A stretch of 64,000 nucleotides of DNA from an uncultured Mycoplasmatota bacterium (GCA_947570175.1 CANOTJ010000001.1:64282-128281); one strand, 5' to 3'. Counted from the stretch's first letter, positions 21,458-32,107 are shown. Numbers and translations: made by a program. The notes: generated from the letters alone by a model not told the origin.

Positions 21458-21543
21458 TGTAAAAAATGTAATAAAATTGATTTTATGTTTGTGAATTTAC
21501 AAAGTCAATGTTATAATGGTAATAGTATTATAGGAGGGAATAT

Positions 21544-22185
21544 ATGAAAAGAAATATGCTGTTTCTAGTTTTATTATTTGGTTTTCTAGTATTTCCTTTT
21601 CAAACAAAAGCAATCTGTAATTCAAATGAAAAAATAAAAATGGTTGCTCTTGCTAATAATATTAATAGTACTTATGTGTTTGATGAGAGTTCTAAGACTT
21701 TTCAAATTACTTTGACAAATATTCCAGAGGGCTTTGCTGTTAAGGATATCAATAGTGATGTTATTCATTATTATTCTCAGTCAGAGTTAAGTTTTGGTGG
21801 ATATCAACCAGGAGGAAGTTATCGGTTTGATGTTTTTGACGCCAGAACAGAATGTGTTGGTGGAACTTTAAAATCATTTTATATTACACTTCCTGTATAC
21901 AATTCAAATTATATGGATCCCTTATGTAAAGGATTAGAAGATTATGATATTTGTCAAAAGTGGGGAAAATATATCACCAATCGCTCACAGTTTGAAACAG
22001 AAATAAAAAAGTTAAATCAAGATTTAGTAATTTCTGAAGAAGAAGTGGTAGAACAAACTTATACAGGAGTATTTGATAAATTTGCGGAATTCTTTGTAAG
22101 AACATATTATATTATATTACCAATCATTATCGTAGGAGGATTATTTGGTATTTATAAATTGAATAAAAAGGAACAATTGTTTTAG
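21544..22185 (+). CDS. Secreted protein with C-terminal TM anchor (hypothetical)
   Basis: Signal peptide 'LVFPFQTKA' and C-terminal hydrophobic segment 'YIILPIIIVGGLFGIY'. Confidence 0.5.
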   Translation: MKRNMLFLVLLFGFLVFPFQTKAICNSNEKIKMVALANNINSTYVFDESSKTFQITLTNIPEGFAVKDINSDVIHYYSQSELSFGGYQPGGSYRFDVFDARTECVGGTLKSFYITLPVYNSNYMDPLCKGLEDYDICQKWGKYITNRSQFETEIKKLNQDLVISEEEVVEQTYTGVFDKFAEFFVRTYYIILPIIIVGGLFGIYKLNKKEQLF

Positions 22186-22196
22186 GAGGTAGAAAA

Positions 22197-25100
22197 ATGA
22201 AAAAAAGTCATTTCAAATTATTTATTTGTTTTTTTGCTATTATTGTTTCTATTTTATTTGGTAGTAGTGTTAGGGCAGCGGATGAAGGTTATAAAGCTAT
22301 AACAAATGGTACAGCTGGATTTGGTGGGTATGATCCTTGTAGCAATGAAAAGTCGTTAGTTTGTATATATGGCTTAGTTGCTTTTAGAATTAGTTATTAT
22401 GAAGATACCTCTTATATTGGTGCAGTTGATTTTTATGATACGGGTATTTATAAATCATTTTCTGATGAAAAATTAAAGCCTACATATAATATAGAGAAAT
22501 CCCAATCTAAAAGTTTAAATCATAATAAGAAAGGACAACCAGTAACCAAGTTTCAAAAAATTGATTTAGGTATTGATTTTGATTCCAGTAAATTCCATGT
22601 GGAGAGCGCTCAAAAAAAAGTATATTCAAAATTTTTAAATAATTTAGGTAGTAAAAAAGCAGCTAAAACAGATGGACTGGCAAGAAATATTTTACATTAT
22701 ATTTATTTAAAAAGTAAAAACCAAAATTATGTGATAAATAGCGATTTTATTAGTGATAAATTAAAAAATACTTCTGGGAAATTTGTAGTAGAACCTTTAT
22801 TTCTAGTTCGAATTCAAAAACAACCAGATGCAATAGCAGGAAAAGGCAAGTGGACATATTATATCGGGACAGCAACAACAGTTGCTCAAGAAGTAACTAA
22901 TTCTCATTATTTTTATCAATGTAAGGACAGTGGAATTAGCTCAAGTACTTGTCAATTAGGGTGGCAAACAAGAAGCAATAAAAATCATGTTGGAAGGATT
23001 GCTAATAGCATGACTTTATCTAAAAATTGGAATGGAATTTCTAAAGTTTCTAAACTTAAGAAGAAGGATTCCGGTTATAGTATGAAGACAGTAGCAAACT
23101 TTAATAAAGGATATGGAATGGCGATTGTATATTTTGATTATAATGAAACAGTTACACATGGTACTATTCAACAATATTGTTATCAATTAGAAACTGACGA
23201 TTGTGATTCAATAAATGGGGATTATGATATGTCAGTGAAGGTTTCGGGAACTAAGACTGTGGACGATGCAAGTAATCATACTTGTTTGAATAATCAAAAC
23301 AATGACTCTTATTCAGTTTCAGAATTTGGAAAATTAAAAGAAGGTGTAGGAATAGAGAATAATGAATATTGTGCATTATATTGTAATGAAGATGTTCAGT
23401 TTCAGGTTCCAGAGTTTGGTAGAAGGAAAGGAACTTTGAAACAAAATCTATCATCATTTAATTATACTGATGAATATCAAATACGAAAAACAGCAATTTA
23501 TAATTGTCAAGTAGATTTTAAATATTATTATACAACTAACCAGCAAGAAATAAATAATATTTCAAAGGTTTATGAAAGAGATATTCGCCCTACAAAAGCA
23601 CAGGCTGATTTGGCTAATGCAATTACCAAAGTTCGAGATCTAAGAAATACTACTGATAGTTCTTCTTTGGGTCAAGTTTGTAAGACAGTAGTAGATGATA
23701 AATATGGTTTAAAGGAGTGCTATAACAAAGCTTTAGAACAATATAAAGCATCCAAACAAATTGTAGACGATTCTACAATAGATGAAAATGCAAAGGCTAT
23801 TCATAAAGAATATGTAGCAAATTTAAAATCCTATATAGATGCATACGAGGCTTGGACAGCGACATGGGAAAGGATTCGAGAAAGCTATAAAAACTGTATT
23901 ACAGGCAATATAACTAAAGATTCTTTTAAGTCGTCTGATAGTGATATAGTAGTGAAAGATACAGACGGGAATTCCATTACTTTATCTGCTCAAGATGATG
24001 GCAGTGAGGAACCAACTGGTGGTGAAGGAAGTATAATCTCAATATCTGAATCATGTAAAACTTCCCACCCAGATAGTTTTTTAGATCAGATAATATGTTC
24101 TTATAATTTGAGTTGTGACAGAAATCAGGATTATTATCCAAAATACAGGTCTATATGTGTTACAGATAAACTAGAGGAATTATTAGAAAGTCGTCAACCT
24201 ATGACCGTTACAGAGAGATTGAAATGGACAGGAAATACAAATACTATAGTAGATTTTAATCGAGAAAATCCAATAATAGGACCTACTAATACACCAGGTT
24301 ATAATACATCAACCAGTAAAGGTCAGGAGACTTTAGCATCTGGGACATTGAATTATTGCAAATGGGATTTATCAAAAGTCAACAAATTATTTACTATAAA
24401 TAGTCAAAATGAACTTAGTTTTGAAAATAAAATAACTTTCACTTTTAAGGGTGCTATGGCGAAATGTTTAGGTAATACAGCTATTATAGAAAATCCGAAA
24501 TCAGCTTCTGTAAAGGATTGTGCTTGTCCCCCAAATACAAAACACACAAAAATTAATGCTTATCATTGGTTGAATCAATTAGAATTATTGTCTGAAACGG
24601 AACGACAAAAATATATGAATGGTTTGACTTGTACAGAAGCAATATCTACATTCTGTGATAGTAACGTAGAGCCAAATATTGATTATTATGAGGAAATTGT
24701 GAATGGAGAAGGATGTTCGTTACAGGATTGCTTACAAGAAGGTAATCCATATGAATTTTGTTCTAGGGTAGCATGTAATCAATATAAATGTACAATTGAT
24801 ATAGCAGGAAAACAAACAACTACATATATTCAAAGTGCGGTTTATAGAGAGGCTTATCTTCGAGCGAAAAAACATGGTATTAATTGGAATGCATTAACAA
24901 AAGAAGAAGCTAATAATCAACTAGATGAAATTGCTAAAGAGCAATGTCAGCTTTCTCAATGCGATAACAAAGGAGATAAAGAACCATTTGTCTATAGAAC
25001 AGTTCAACTACATAATGGTAATAATAAGACGTTATCATTTCCTGGCTTATCTGGCACAGGTAGAGATTTTGGATCAAATTGGAGTGAAGATTTAGTTACT

Positions 25101-25340
25101 AAAGTTTTAAATAGAAATAATATTGATGAATCAAAGCCAATGTACAAAATCACTTTAACTCCAGCAACAATTAGACAAATAAGAAATTATAATAAAAATC
25201 AAAATGATTATAATAATCCATCATTAGATTGTGCTGAAAATAAAGCCGCTTGTATTAGTAGTTTTTTACCTACAATTCCGATAGAAGGAAAATGCGCTGG
25301 GGCAAATAAAAATAATTTTTATTCGTGCGTTAACTATTAA
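22197..25340 (+). CDS. Large secreted cysteine-rich protein (candidate surface adhesin/pilus-associated protein)
   Basis: 1047 aa. Signal peptide 'GSSVRA|ADE'. Very Cys-rich throughout. Starts 11 nt after the previous gene. Confidence 0.6.
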   Translation: MKKSHFKLFICFFAIIVSILFGSSVRAADEGYKAITNGTAGFGGYDPCSNEKSLVCIYGLVAFRISYYEDTSYIGAVDFYDTGIYKSFSDEKLKPTYNIEKSQSKSLNHNKKGQPVTKFQKIDLGIDFDSSKFHVESAQKKVYSKFLNNLGSKKAAKTDGLARNILHYIYLKSKNQNYVINSDFISDKLKNTSGKFVVEPLFLVRIQKQPDAIAGKGKWTYYIGTATTVAQEVTNSHYFYQCKDSGISSSTCQLGWQTRSNKNHVGRIANSMTLSKNWNGISKVSKLKKKDSGYSMKTVANFNKGYGMAIVYFDYNETVTHGTIQQYCYQLETDDCDSINGDYDMSVKVSGTKTVDDASNHTCLNNQNNDSYSVSEFGKLKEGVGIENNEYCALYCNEDVQFQVPEFGRRKGTLKQNLSSFNYTDEYQIRKTAIYNCQVDFKYYYTTNQQEINNISKVYERDIRPTKAQADLANAITKVRDLRNTTDSSSLGQVCKTVVDDKYGLKECYNKALEQYKASKQIVDDSTIDENAKAIHKEYVANLKSYIDAYEAWTATWERIRESYKNCITGNITKDSFKSSDSDIVVKDTDGNSITLSAQDDGSEEPTGGEGSIISISESCKTSHPDSFLDQIICSYNLSCDRNQDYYPKYRSICVTDKLEELLESRQPMTVTERLKWTGNTNTIVDFNRENPIIGPTNTPGYNTSTSKGQETLASGTLNYCKWDLSKVNKLFTINSQNELSFENKITFTFKGAMAKCLGNTAIIENPKSASVKDCACPPNTKHTKINAYHWLNQLELLSETERQKYMNGLTCTEAISTFCDSNVEPNIDYYEEIVNGEGCSLQDCLQEGNPYEFCSRVACNQYKCTIDIAGKQTTTYIQSAVYREAYLRAKKHGINWNALTKEEANNQLDEIAKEQCQLSQCDNKGDKEPFVYRTVQLHNGNNKTLSFPGLSGTGRDFGSNWSEDLVTKVLNRNNIDESKPMYKITLTPATIRQIRNYNKNQNDYNNPSLDCAENKAACISSFLPTIPIEGKCAGANKNNFYSCVNY

Positions 25341-25358
25341 GAAGGGAGTTGATAAATA

Positions 25359-25763
25359 ATGAGAGATTCATTTTGGATTGCGTTAATCATGATGTTGGGT
25401 ATTATTTGTATTGTATTTATCAACTTCTTTCAAATATATACCAATACAGATGAACAAAACTATATGCTTTTAAAAGAAACAACAGAGGCAGCTATGTATG
25501 ATGCTGTTGATATGGATGCTTATAAATTACATGGCCAAATAAGAATTAATCGAGAAAAATTTGTAGAAAATTTTGTTAGACGATTTGCAGAAAGTGTATC
25601 ATTATCCAATACATATGTTATTGAGATATATGATGTGAATGAAATGCCACCGAAGGTGAGTTTAAAGGTTTCATCAAAATTAGGTACTAAAGCCATCAAT
25701 AATGAGGTTTTAGAATTTGATATTGTGAATAGAATAGATGCTATATTAGAAGCAACTGATTAG
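25359..25763 (+). CDS. Small N-terminally anchored protein (possible minor pilin/pseudopilin)
   Basis: 134 aa with a single N-terminal hydrophobic helix. Located immediately upstream of the CpaB-like gene. Confidence 0.3.
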   Translation: MRDSFWIALIMMLGIICIVFINFFQIYTNTDEQNYMLLKETTEAAMYDAVDMDAYKLHGQIRINREKFVENFVRRFAESVSLSNTYVIEIYDVNEMPPKVSLKVSSKLGTKAINNEVLEFDIVNRIDAILEATD

Positions 25764-25778
25764 AAAGGAAGAGAGAAA

Positions 25779-26654
25779 ATGAATAATTTTATAATTTCAT
25801 TGAACAGATTTTTTAAAAACAAAAATACAGTTACTATTTTGGGAGTAATAGCTGTTATATTAATTTTATTCTTTGGTTACCGTTTTCAAATTAATAAAAT
25901 GGTTAGTCCTGTAAAGAATATCCCAATTGCAACTAAGACCATTCAACCAAGAACAGAAATAACAGGAGATATGATTGAATATGTAAACGTCGCACCTGTT
26001 GTATTAGATAAGGGGAATATTATTACCAATTCTGCTGCTATTATTGGTAGATACAGTAATTATAATACTGTAATTCCAAAAGGAAGTTATTTTTATAATG
26101 ATACAGTTATTGATGAAGCAAAACTTCCAGATTCCGCTTTCGTAAATTTAAAAAAAGGAGAAATTCCTTATAACTTCCCAGTTGATATTAATTCAACTTA
26201 TGGAAATTCTATTTTTCCAGAAAACTATATTGATATTTATATGAAAGCTTACAACGAAGAAGGAAAACTAATGGTTGGAAAACTAATTGAAAATGTTAAA
26301 GTTTTAGCAGTAAAAGATTCAACAGGAAAGCATGTGTTTGAAAATACAGAAGAAGATAGACAACCAGCATATTTAATTTTTGGAGTAAAATCAGAAATTA
26401 ACATTTTACTTAGAAAAGCTAGTTATATGAATAACTTTTCTGTAGAATTATTTCCAGTGCCACATGGTGTTGTAGTAAAGGCAGAAGAAGGGGAAACACT
26501 CGTTACATCTGAGACACTTAAAAACTTTATAAATGCAAATACTGTTCCAAATGATGAAATTGAAGATAAAACAGAAGAAACAGAACAGAAAAAAACAACA
26601 AAGAAAAATACATCAAGTACTACTGATGATACCTCATCTTCTACAACTAGATAG
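25779..26654 (+). CDS. CpaB/RcpC-like pilus assembly protein (SAF-domain-like), with Ser/Thr-rich C-terminus
   Basis: N-terminal TM followed by a periplasmic-type domain. Sits directly upstream of the TadA ATPase, as in Tad loci. C-terminal 'TSSTTDDTSSSTTR'. Confidence 0.4.
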   Translation: MNNFIISLNRFFKNKNTVTILGVIAVILILFFGYRFQINKMVSPVKNIPIATKTIQPRTEITGDMIEYVNVAPVVLDKGNIITNSAAIIGRYSNYNTVIPKGSYFYNDTVIDEAKLPDSAFVNLKKGEIPYNFPVDINSTYGNSIFPENYIDIYMKAYNEEGKLMVGKLIENVKVLAVKDSTGKHVFENTEEDRQPAYLIFGVKSEINILLRKASYMNNFSVELFPVPHGVVVKAEEGETLVTSETLKNFINANTVPNDEIEDKTEETEQKKTTKKNTSSTTDDTSSSTTR

Positions 26655-26667
26655 TAAGGTAATTTAA

Positions 26668-28029
26668 TTGAACGATAATTTATTTTCACAAATAGATTTT
26701 GGAGCATTAAAAGAATACTTGGAAAATGATGATATTACTGATATTTCTTACAGTAATAATGGGCAACTATGGATAAAAACTTTATCTAAAGGTTTATTTA
26801 GAGTTGAAAATCCAAATGTTAATAATGCATTTATGGAAAAATTAGCTTTCCAATGCTCTAATGTAATGGGGAAAAGTTTTAATATGGCTCATCCATTCTT
26901 AGATGCAGAAGGTGCAGAGTTACGTCTTAACTTTGTACATGATTCTATTGCTAAAAATGGAATTGCTGTTGTTATTCGTAAAACACCATCAAAAATAAGA
27001 CTGGAAAAAGATAAATTATTAAATGAAAAATATATTGATTTAGATATTCATGATTTCTTAGAACAATGTGTTTTAGGACATTGTAATATCATTGTTTGTG
27101 GAGAAACAGGATCTGGTAAAACAGAATTTGTTAAGTATTTAGCCTCTAAGACAAGGCTTGATGAAAAATTAATTACCATCGAAGATACTTTAGAGCTTCA
27201 TTTAGACCGAATTTTTCCTCATAGGGATATTGTCGCTATGAAAACCAATAACATTGCATCTTATTCAGATGTTTTGGTTACTTGTATGAGACAAAATCCC
27301 AAATGGATATTACTTTCGGAGGTACGTAGTGCGGAGGCTGTTATGGCTGTTAGAAACTCCATTTCTTCTGGACACTATATTTTGTCAACTATTCATGCAG
27401 ATAAAGCCTCCTCTATTCCTAATCGTATGTATAGTTTGTTAGAAACAAACCAAGATATCGATCAATTTTTAAAATCCATTTATCGATATATTCAGATAGG
27501 AGTATATATTAGAGGATTTCAAGATAAAGCTACGAAACATTTTGTACGTGAAATTGCTGAAGTTACAGAATTTTATGTAACCGAAGATAATGAAGCAAAA
27601 TATAATACAATTTATAGAAAATCAACATCTGGAAAAGTAAGTAGAAAAAAACCTTCTAAGTATTTAGTAGCTTACTTAGATGCTCAAGGAGTTACCCTAG
27701 ATGAAAATTTAATTCAAGAGTCTGAAACAATGGTTAATAGAGATTTTAGTGTTTTTCAAAAACAGGGACAATCTACTATCAATCAGCCACAAACAGGGAT
27801 AAATAGAACAGTGAATCCACAGCAAATTAATCGTCCTACAGGTATTAATCCACAACAGGTAGTAAATAGACCACAATCAGTAATTCAAACATCGAATGTG
27901 AATAGAACACAAATAATAAGTCCAGGACAAGCTCCTAATAGACCTGTTTCTAATAGTGTTTATAATTCACAACCAGTGAGTGCAAGTTCAAATAATCAAA
28001 TAGAAAATTTAGAAAGTATATTTGACTAA
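26668..28029 (+). CDS. tadA: Tad/Flp pilus assembly ATPase (TadA/CpaF, VirB11 superfamily) with Q/N/P-rich C-terminal tail
   Basis: Walker A 'CGETGSGKTE'. Walker B / Asp box 'ILLSEVRSAEA'. His box 'STIHAD'. Followed by two GspF-like membrane proteins. Confidence 0.85.
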   Translation: MNDNLFSQIDFGALKEYLENDDITDISYSNNGQLWIKTLSKGLFRVENPNVNNAFMEKLAFQCSNVMGKSFNMAHPFLDAEGAELRLNFVHDSIAKNGIAVVIRKTPSKIRLEKDKLLNEKYIDLDIHDFLEQCVLGHCNIIVCGETGSGKTEFVKYLASKTRLDEKLITIEDTLELHLDRIFPHRDIVAMKTNNIASYSDVLVTCMRQNPKWILLSEVRSAEAVMAVRNSISSGHYILSTIHADKASSIPNRMYSLLETNQDIDQFLKSIYRYIQIGVYIRGFQDKATKHFVREIAEVTEFYVTEDNEAKYNTIYRKSTSGKVSRKKPSKYLVAYLDAQGVTLDENLIQESETMVNRDFSVFQKQGQSTINQPQTGINRTVNPQQINRPTGINPQQVVNRPQSVIQTSNVNRTQIISPGQAPNRPVSNSVYNSQPVSASSNNQIENLESIFD

Positions 28030-28042
28030 AGGAGGGATATAA

Positions 28043-28945
28043 ATGGAATTTGTGATTTTTCTCCTTGCTGCTTTTGTTATCATTTTTATTGTTGCTTATC
28101 GAAATGGAGTAGGTAAGAATATATATCTTGAAGTATCAAAAACAGCTGGTAATATTTATGAAAAATATGCTCCATATTCATTTAAGGAAGTAAGACAGAA
28201 GGTAAAAGATTTGGGACAGGAGTATACAAAAAAACAATACACAATTCAAATTGTTGTATTTGCACTTGGAGCAGCAATTATTACATATTTATATTTTTAT
28301 AATTTAATTATTTCACTTATATATGCAGTGATTGCCGTTGCCTTTATTCCATATTTAACATATTTAAGATGTAAAAGAGTATATAGTGAGTATATTTTTG
28401 AACAAATTCAAGTATATACAACCAATACAATTATGGAATTTGCTACAACACAAAGTTTTGTAAAGTCACTAGAGGGTGTTTATGAATCTGGTGTTTTAGA
28501 AGATCCTGTTAAATCAGATGTGAAAACAATGATTGATCTTGCTTATGAGAATGGTACAATTGAAGATTCTATTTCGTATATGAATGATAAATATGATTTC
28601 TTTATTGTAAGAAATATGCATCAATTGTTCCTACAAATAACCAATGAAGGATCTAAGAACGCAGGGGATGCTCTTGAAAATATGTCATTAGATATCGATA
28701 TGCTTGTTGAATCTGTTTATCAAGATAGAATGAATAGGGCCGATTATCATAAGAAGTTCTTGCAATTCGGTATTATTTTATATTTAATGGTAATGCTAGT
28801 ACAAGTACTTCTTGGCGTAGAATCCTATATCGCTATGTTAGATTCTATTTGGGTTCAAGGTTTACTCCATTTAACAATTATTATTAATACCTTATTTTTG
28901 TTAAATGGCGAAAAATATTATAATGAGAATGTGGGGGCAGAATAA
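28043..28945 (+). CDS. tadB: TadB-like inner-membrane platform protein (T2SS-F/GspF-like)
   Basis: 300 aa. N-terminal TM, a central soluble domain and two C-terminal TM segments. Adjacent to the TadA ATPase. Confidence 0.6.
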   Translation: MEFVIFLLAAFVIIFIVAYRNGVGKNIYLEVSKTAGNIYEKYAPYSFKEVRQKVKDLGQEYTKKQYTIQIVVFALGAAIITYLYFYNLIISLIYAVIAVAFIPYLTYLRCKRVYSEYIFEQIQVYTTNTIMEFATTQSFVKSLEGVYESGVLEDPVKSDVKTMIDLAYENGTIEDSISYMNDKYDFFIVRNMHQLFLQITNEGSKNAGDALENMSLDIDMLVESVYQDRMNRADYHKKFLQFGIILYLMVMLVQVLLGVESYIAMLDSIWVQGLLHLTIIINTLFLLNGEKYYNENVGAE

Positions 28946-29736
28946 TGGAATTTTTATTAATTGCAGTAATTGTTTTATTTGTATTACAGTATACAAAAAG
29001 AATAGATTCTAAAAAATTTATTTCAGATATCGAACCATATTTCTCCTTTTTGATGGAGGATGATTATAAATTCCTTCTATCAGTGCGTTATGGTAGTGAA
29101 GAAGAATTAGATGTAAACTTACTATTTAATAAGCGTGTATCTACAGCATTACTTACAATGGTTTGTTTAATTTTTCTATTTTTAATTACAAAATTTAGTT
29201 TTATTAGTTTATTAATTGTACTAATTATTGGATTTTTCGTTTTTAAATTTCCATATATGCGATTAAATATGTATTATAAAGCAAATCTCAATAGAATTAA
29301 TCAAATGCTACCCTATTATTTAAAGGGATTAGAAATTTTAATCCAACATTATACAGTTCCAGTTGCCCTTAGAAAATCTATTGACAGTGCCCCAGAAGTA
29401 TTTCGACCTGGTCTAAAAAAATTATGTCAAAAGATAGAAGAAGGAGATTCCTCTGTCCAACCTTACATGGATTTTGCCCATGATTATCCAGTACGTGATT
29501 CTATGCGCATGATGAGATTGTTATATAGATTAGGTCTAGGTTCACAAGAGAATAAACAGGAACAATTAATTATGTTTGCAAAAAATGTATCGACGTTACA
29601 AAATAAAGCACGTGAACAACGTTATGCCAATCGATTAGAGAAAATGGAAAGAAAGACAATGATGATGTTAGTTTCTACAGGTCTTTGTATTTTGGCATTA
29701 TTATTTATATCAATGCTAAGTGTTATTAACATATAA
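28945..29736 (+). CDS. tadC: TadC-like inner-membrane platform protein
   Basis: 263 aa with the same topology as the preceding gene. Start overlaps the upstream stop. Confidence 0.6.
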   Translation: MEFLLIAVIVLFVLQYTKRIDSKKFISDIEPYFSFLMEDDYKFLLSVRYGSEEELDVNLLFNKRVSTALLTMVCLIFLFLITKFSFISLLIVLIIGFFVFKFPYMRLNMYYKANLNRINQMLPYYLKGLEILIQHYTVPVALRKSIDSAPEVFRPGLKKLCQKIEEGDSSVQPYMDFAHDYPVRDSMRMMRLLYRLGLGSQENKQEQLIMFAKNVSTLQNKAREQRYANRLEKMERKTMMMLVSTGLCILALLFISMLSVINI

Positions 29737-32090
29737 TGAAATCGAAAATAAAATGGTTATTAGCATCTTTAATTGTACCAATTCTAATTATACTAGTAGT
29801 ATTATTTAGAAGAGACGCGAGTATTGATTCTATATTTGTTTCGGATTTAGGAGCACAATATCAATACTTATTTGAATGGTTTAAAGATGTATTAGATGGG
29901 AAAGAAATTTTAACTTATTCATTTTCAAAAGGATTAGGAGGGGATATGGTACATACTTATTGGTATTATCTATCTTCTCCATTTAATCTTTTTCTTTTTT
30001 TTATTCCAAAAGTTGGCATTAAATATTTTATATTCATTTTAATTTTATTAAAAATAGGTTTATGTGGATTTACGATGTATTTTTATTTGGATCATAAATC
30101 TACAAAATTAAAAAACTATGAAAAATTCTTACTTGCGATTTCTTATGCGCTTATGAATTATAATCTTGTTTATTATTTTAATATCATATGGTTAGATATT
30201 GTATATCTTGCCCCTATTGTACTTATGGGATTAGATCGGATTTTTCAGGATAAAAAACCAACACTATATATAGTTTCGTTAGTAATTGCGATTATTAGTA
30301 ACTATTATATGGCATATATGTTATGTTTTTTCCTTTGTTTTTATTTTATTTATCAATGTATTCATTTAAAACAAAAGGATAAAATAAAAATATGGGTCAA
30401 AAAATTTTTGCTTTATTCATTGCTATCTGGATTACTTAGTGCTATTGTTTTAGTTCCTGTTATTTTTTCTATACCAGATATATTTCGTTTAAAATCCTTA
30501 CCAAATTATAATTTTATCAAAAAATCTTTAAACCTTTTATATAATTTTCAAATTCATACACAACATGATAGATATGATTATACCATGCCATATGTGCATT
30601 CTACTTACTTTGTAGTGATTTTAATTTTTAATTGCTTATTCAATAATAAACGAAGTCGGAAGCTATTTTTAATTATCTTATTACTATTTTTATCATTTTT
30701 CCTTATAAATGATAAAATTTGGTATGGTTTTTCTTCTCCAGTTTTATTTTTATATCGCTATAGCTTCCTTTTTGTACTAATACTGATAGTATTTATTTCG
30801 GATTTTTATAATCCACAAATTGTTAAAAAAAATAAAATTTTTATGATTTCTTTGATTTATTTAATTGTCGGTATTATCACAACATATCTCCTAAAAAAGC
30901 AATTCTCATTATATTTTATATTGACTAATTTTTATTTGCTTTTATCATTTCTTCTTATGAATAATTTCGTTATCCGATTTAAGAAATATATTTTCGTTTT
31001 ATTTTTCTTAACAATTATTGAGTTATATATATCAGGTAATGCTTTGTTTCATACACTCAGCCCATCACAAATGAACGAATCATTGAGGGTCCATAAAAAT
31101 TATAATACAATTTCACAAATAGAAGACTCTTATTATCGTATTAATTCTCGATCTTATTTTTCTATAGGGAAATCAACTTCATCATTCTTTCTGTCTACTA
31201 ATGACAAGAATATTTTTAAATTCAATCATACAGCTAATTCTGCTATATCTTCTTCTATGTATAGTTTTTATGACAATGATATTTTAGTAAGATTATTAGG
31301 TTATCAATATCAAGAGGATTGTGATGAAAAAAATAATTGTAAAATTTCTAAACTATCTTCTACAGGAATTGGCTACATGATTGATAATAATTCTATGAAA
31401 AAATCCAAAAATTTTATAGAATATAATTACAATTTTGGTAAAGTTTTATCTAAAAATGCAGATCTTCTATATGAGAATTACAATTATAAAAGAAAAAATA
31501 AGAATGAATTTATAATAGAAGGAAATAAGAAACAAAGAGTGTTTGTGGATATTTCCTATAATGTAAATGATGATGTAGACGTTTATTTGAATGGTAAAAA
31601 AATATATACTGACTATTATCATGATAGCAATTTGTTGAGATTACAATTAAAAAAAGGGAAGAATATTTTAAAAATTAAAAGTGATTATAGCATGAAATCC
31701 GATATTCAGGTTTACGAGCTAAAAGATGAAAATTTAGATAGCTTGGTAAAAGATCTTCAATCAGAGACTTTATCTATTGAGAAGATGCAGAAGGGGCACT
31801 TAAGAGGAAATATAAATGTTCAATCGAATCGAAAAACATTACTGATTACTATCCCTTATCAAAAGGGATGGAATATTTATGTGGATGGTAAAAAAACAAA
31901 TTATTATGAAGTTTATGATACCTTTATTGGACTTGATTTAAAAAAAGGAAAACATCAAATTGTAATGAGATATGAAAATAAACCTTTGAAAATTGGAATT
32001 TTAATGTCTATATTAACTTTAGTAATAACGATTTTTATGCTCTTCATGTATAATAAGCGTAAAGTATTTAAAAATATTAAAAAAAAATAA
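29736..32090 (+). CDS. YfhO-family polytopic membrane protein (GT-C-type glycosyltransferase-like)
   Basis: 784 aa. About 12+ TM helices in the N-terminal 430 aa and a large extracytoplasmic C-domain. Start overlaps the tadC stop. Confidence 0.55.
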   Translation: MKSKIKWLLASLIVPILIILVVLFRRDASIDSIFVSDLGAQYQYLFEWFKDVLDGKEILTYSFSKGLGGDMVHTYWYYLSSPFNLFLFFIPKVGIKYFIFILILLKIGLCGFTMYFYLDHKSTKLKNYEKFLLAISYALMNYNLVYYFNIIWLDIVYLAPIVLMGLDRIFQDKKPTLYIVSLVIAIISNYYMAYMLCFFLCFYFIYQCIHLKQKDKIKIWVKKFLLYSLLSGLLSAIVLVPVIFSIPDIFRLKSLPNYNFIKKSLNLLYNFQIHTQHDRYDYTMPYVHSTYFVVILIFNCLFNNKRSRKLFLIILLLFLSFFLINDKIWYGFSSPVLFLYRYSFLFVLILIVFISDFYNPQIVKKNKIFMISLIYLIVGIITTYLLKKQFSLYFILTNFYLLLSFLLMNNFVIRFKKYIFVLFFLTIIELYISGNALFHTLSPSQMNESLRVHKNYNTISQIEDSYYRINSRSYFSIGKSTSSFFLSTNDKNIFKFNHTANSAISSSMYSFYDNDILVRLLGYQYQEDCDEKNNCKISKLSSTGIGYMIDNNSMKKSKNFIEYNYNFGKVLSKNADLLYENYNYKRKNKNEFIIEGNKKQRVFVDISYNVNDDVDVYLNGKKIYTDYYHDSNLLRLQLKKGKNILKIKSDYSMKSDIQVYELKDENLDSLVKDLQSETLSIEKMQKGHLRGNINVQSNRKTLLITIPYQKGWNIYVDGKKTNYYEVYDTFIGLDLKKGKHQIVMRYENKPLKIGILMSILTLVITIFMLFMYNKRKVFKNIKKK

Positions 32091-32107
32091 AAAAAATTTT
32101 TGTTTTG

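Noticed and set aside
22197-25340. Possibility that the 1047-aa Cys-rich protein is a polymorphic toxin (Rhs/LXG-type)
   Set aside because: It has no YD repeats, LXG or WXG-type N-terminus and no recognisable C-terminal toxin/immunity pairing. It is left as a structural/adhesin candidate.
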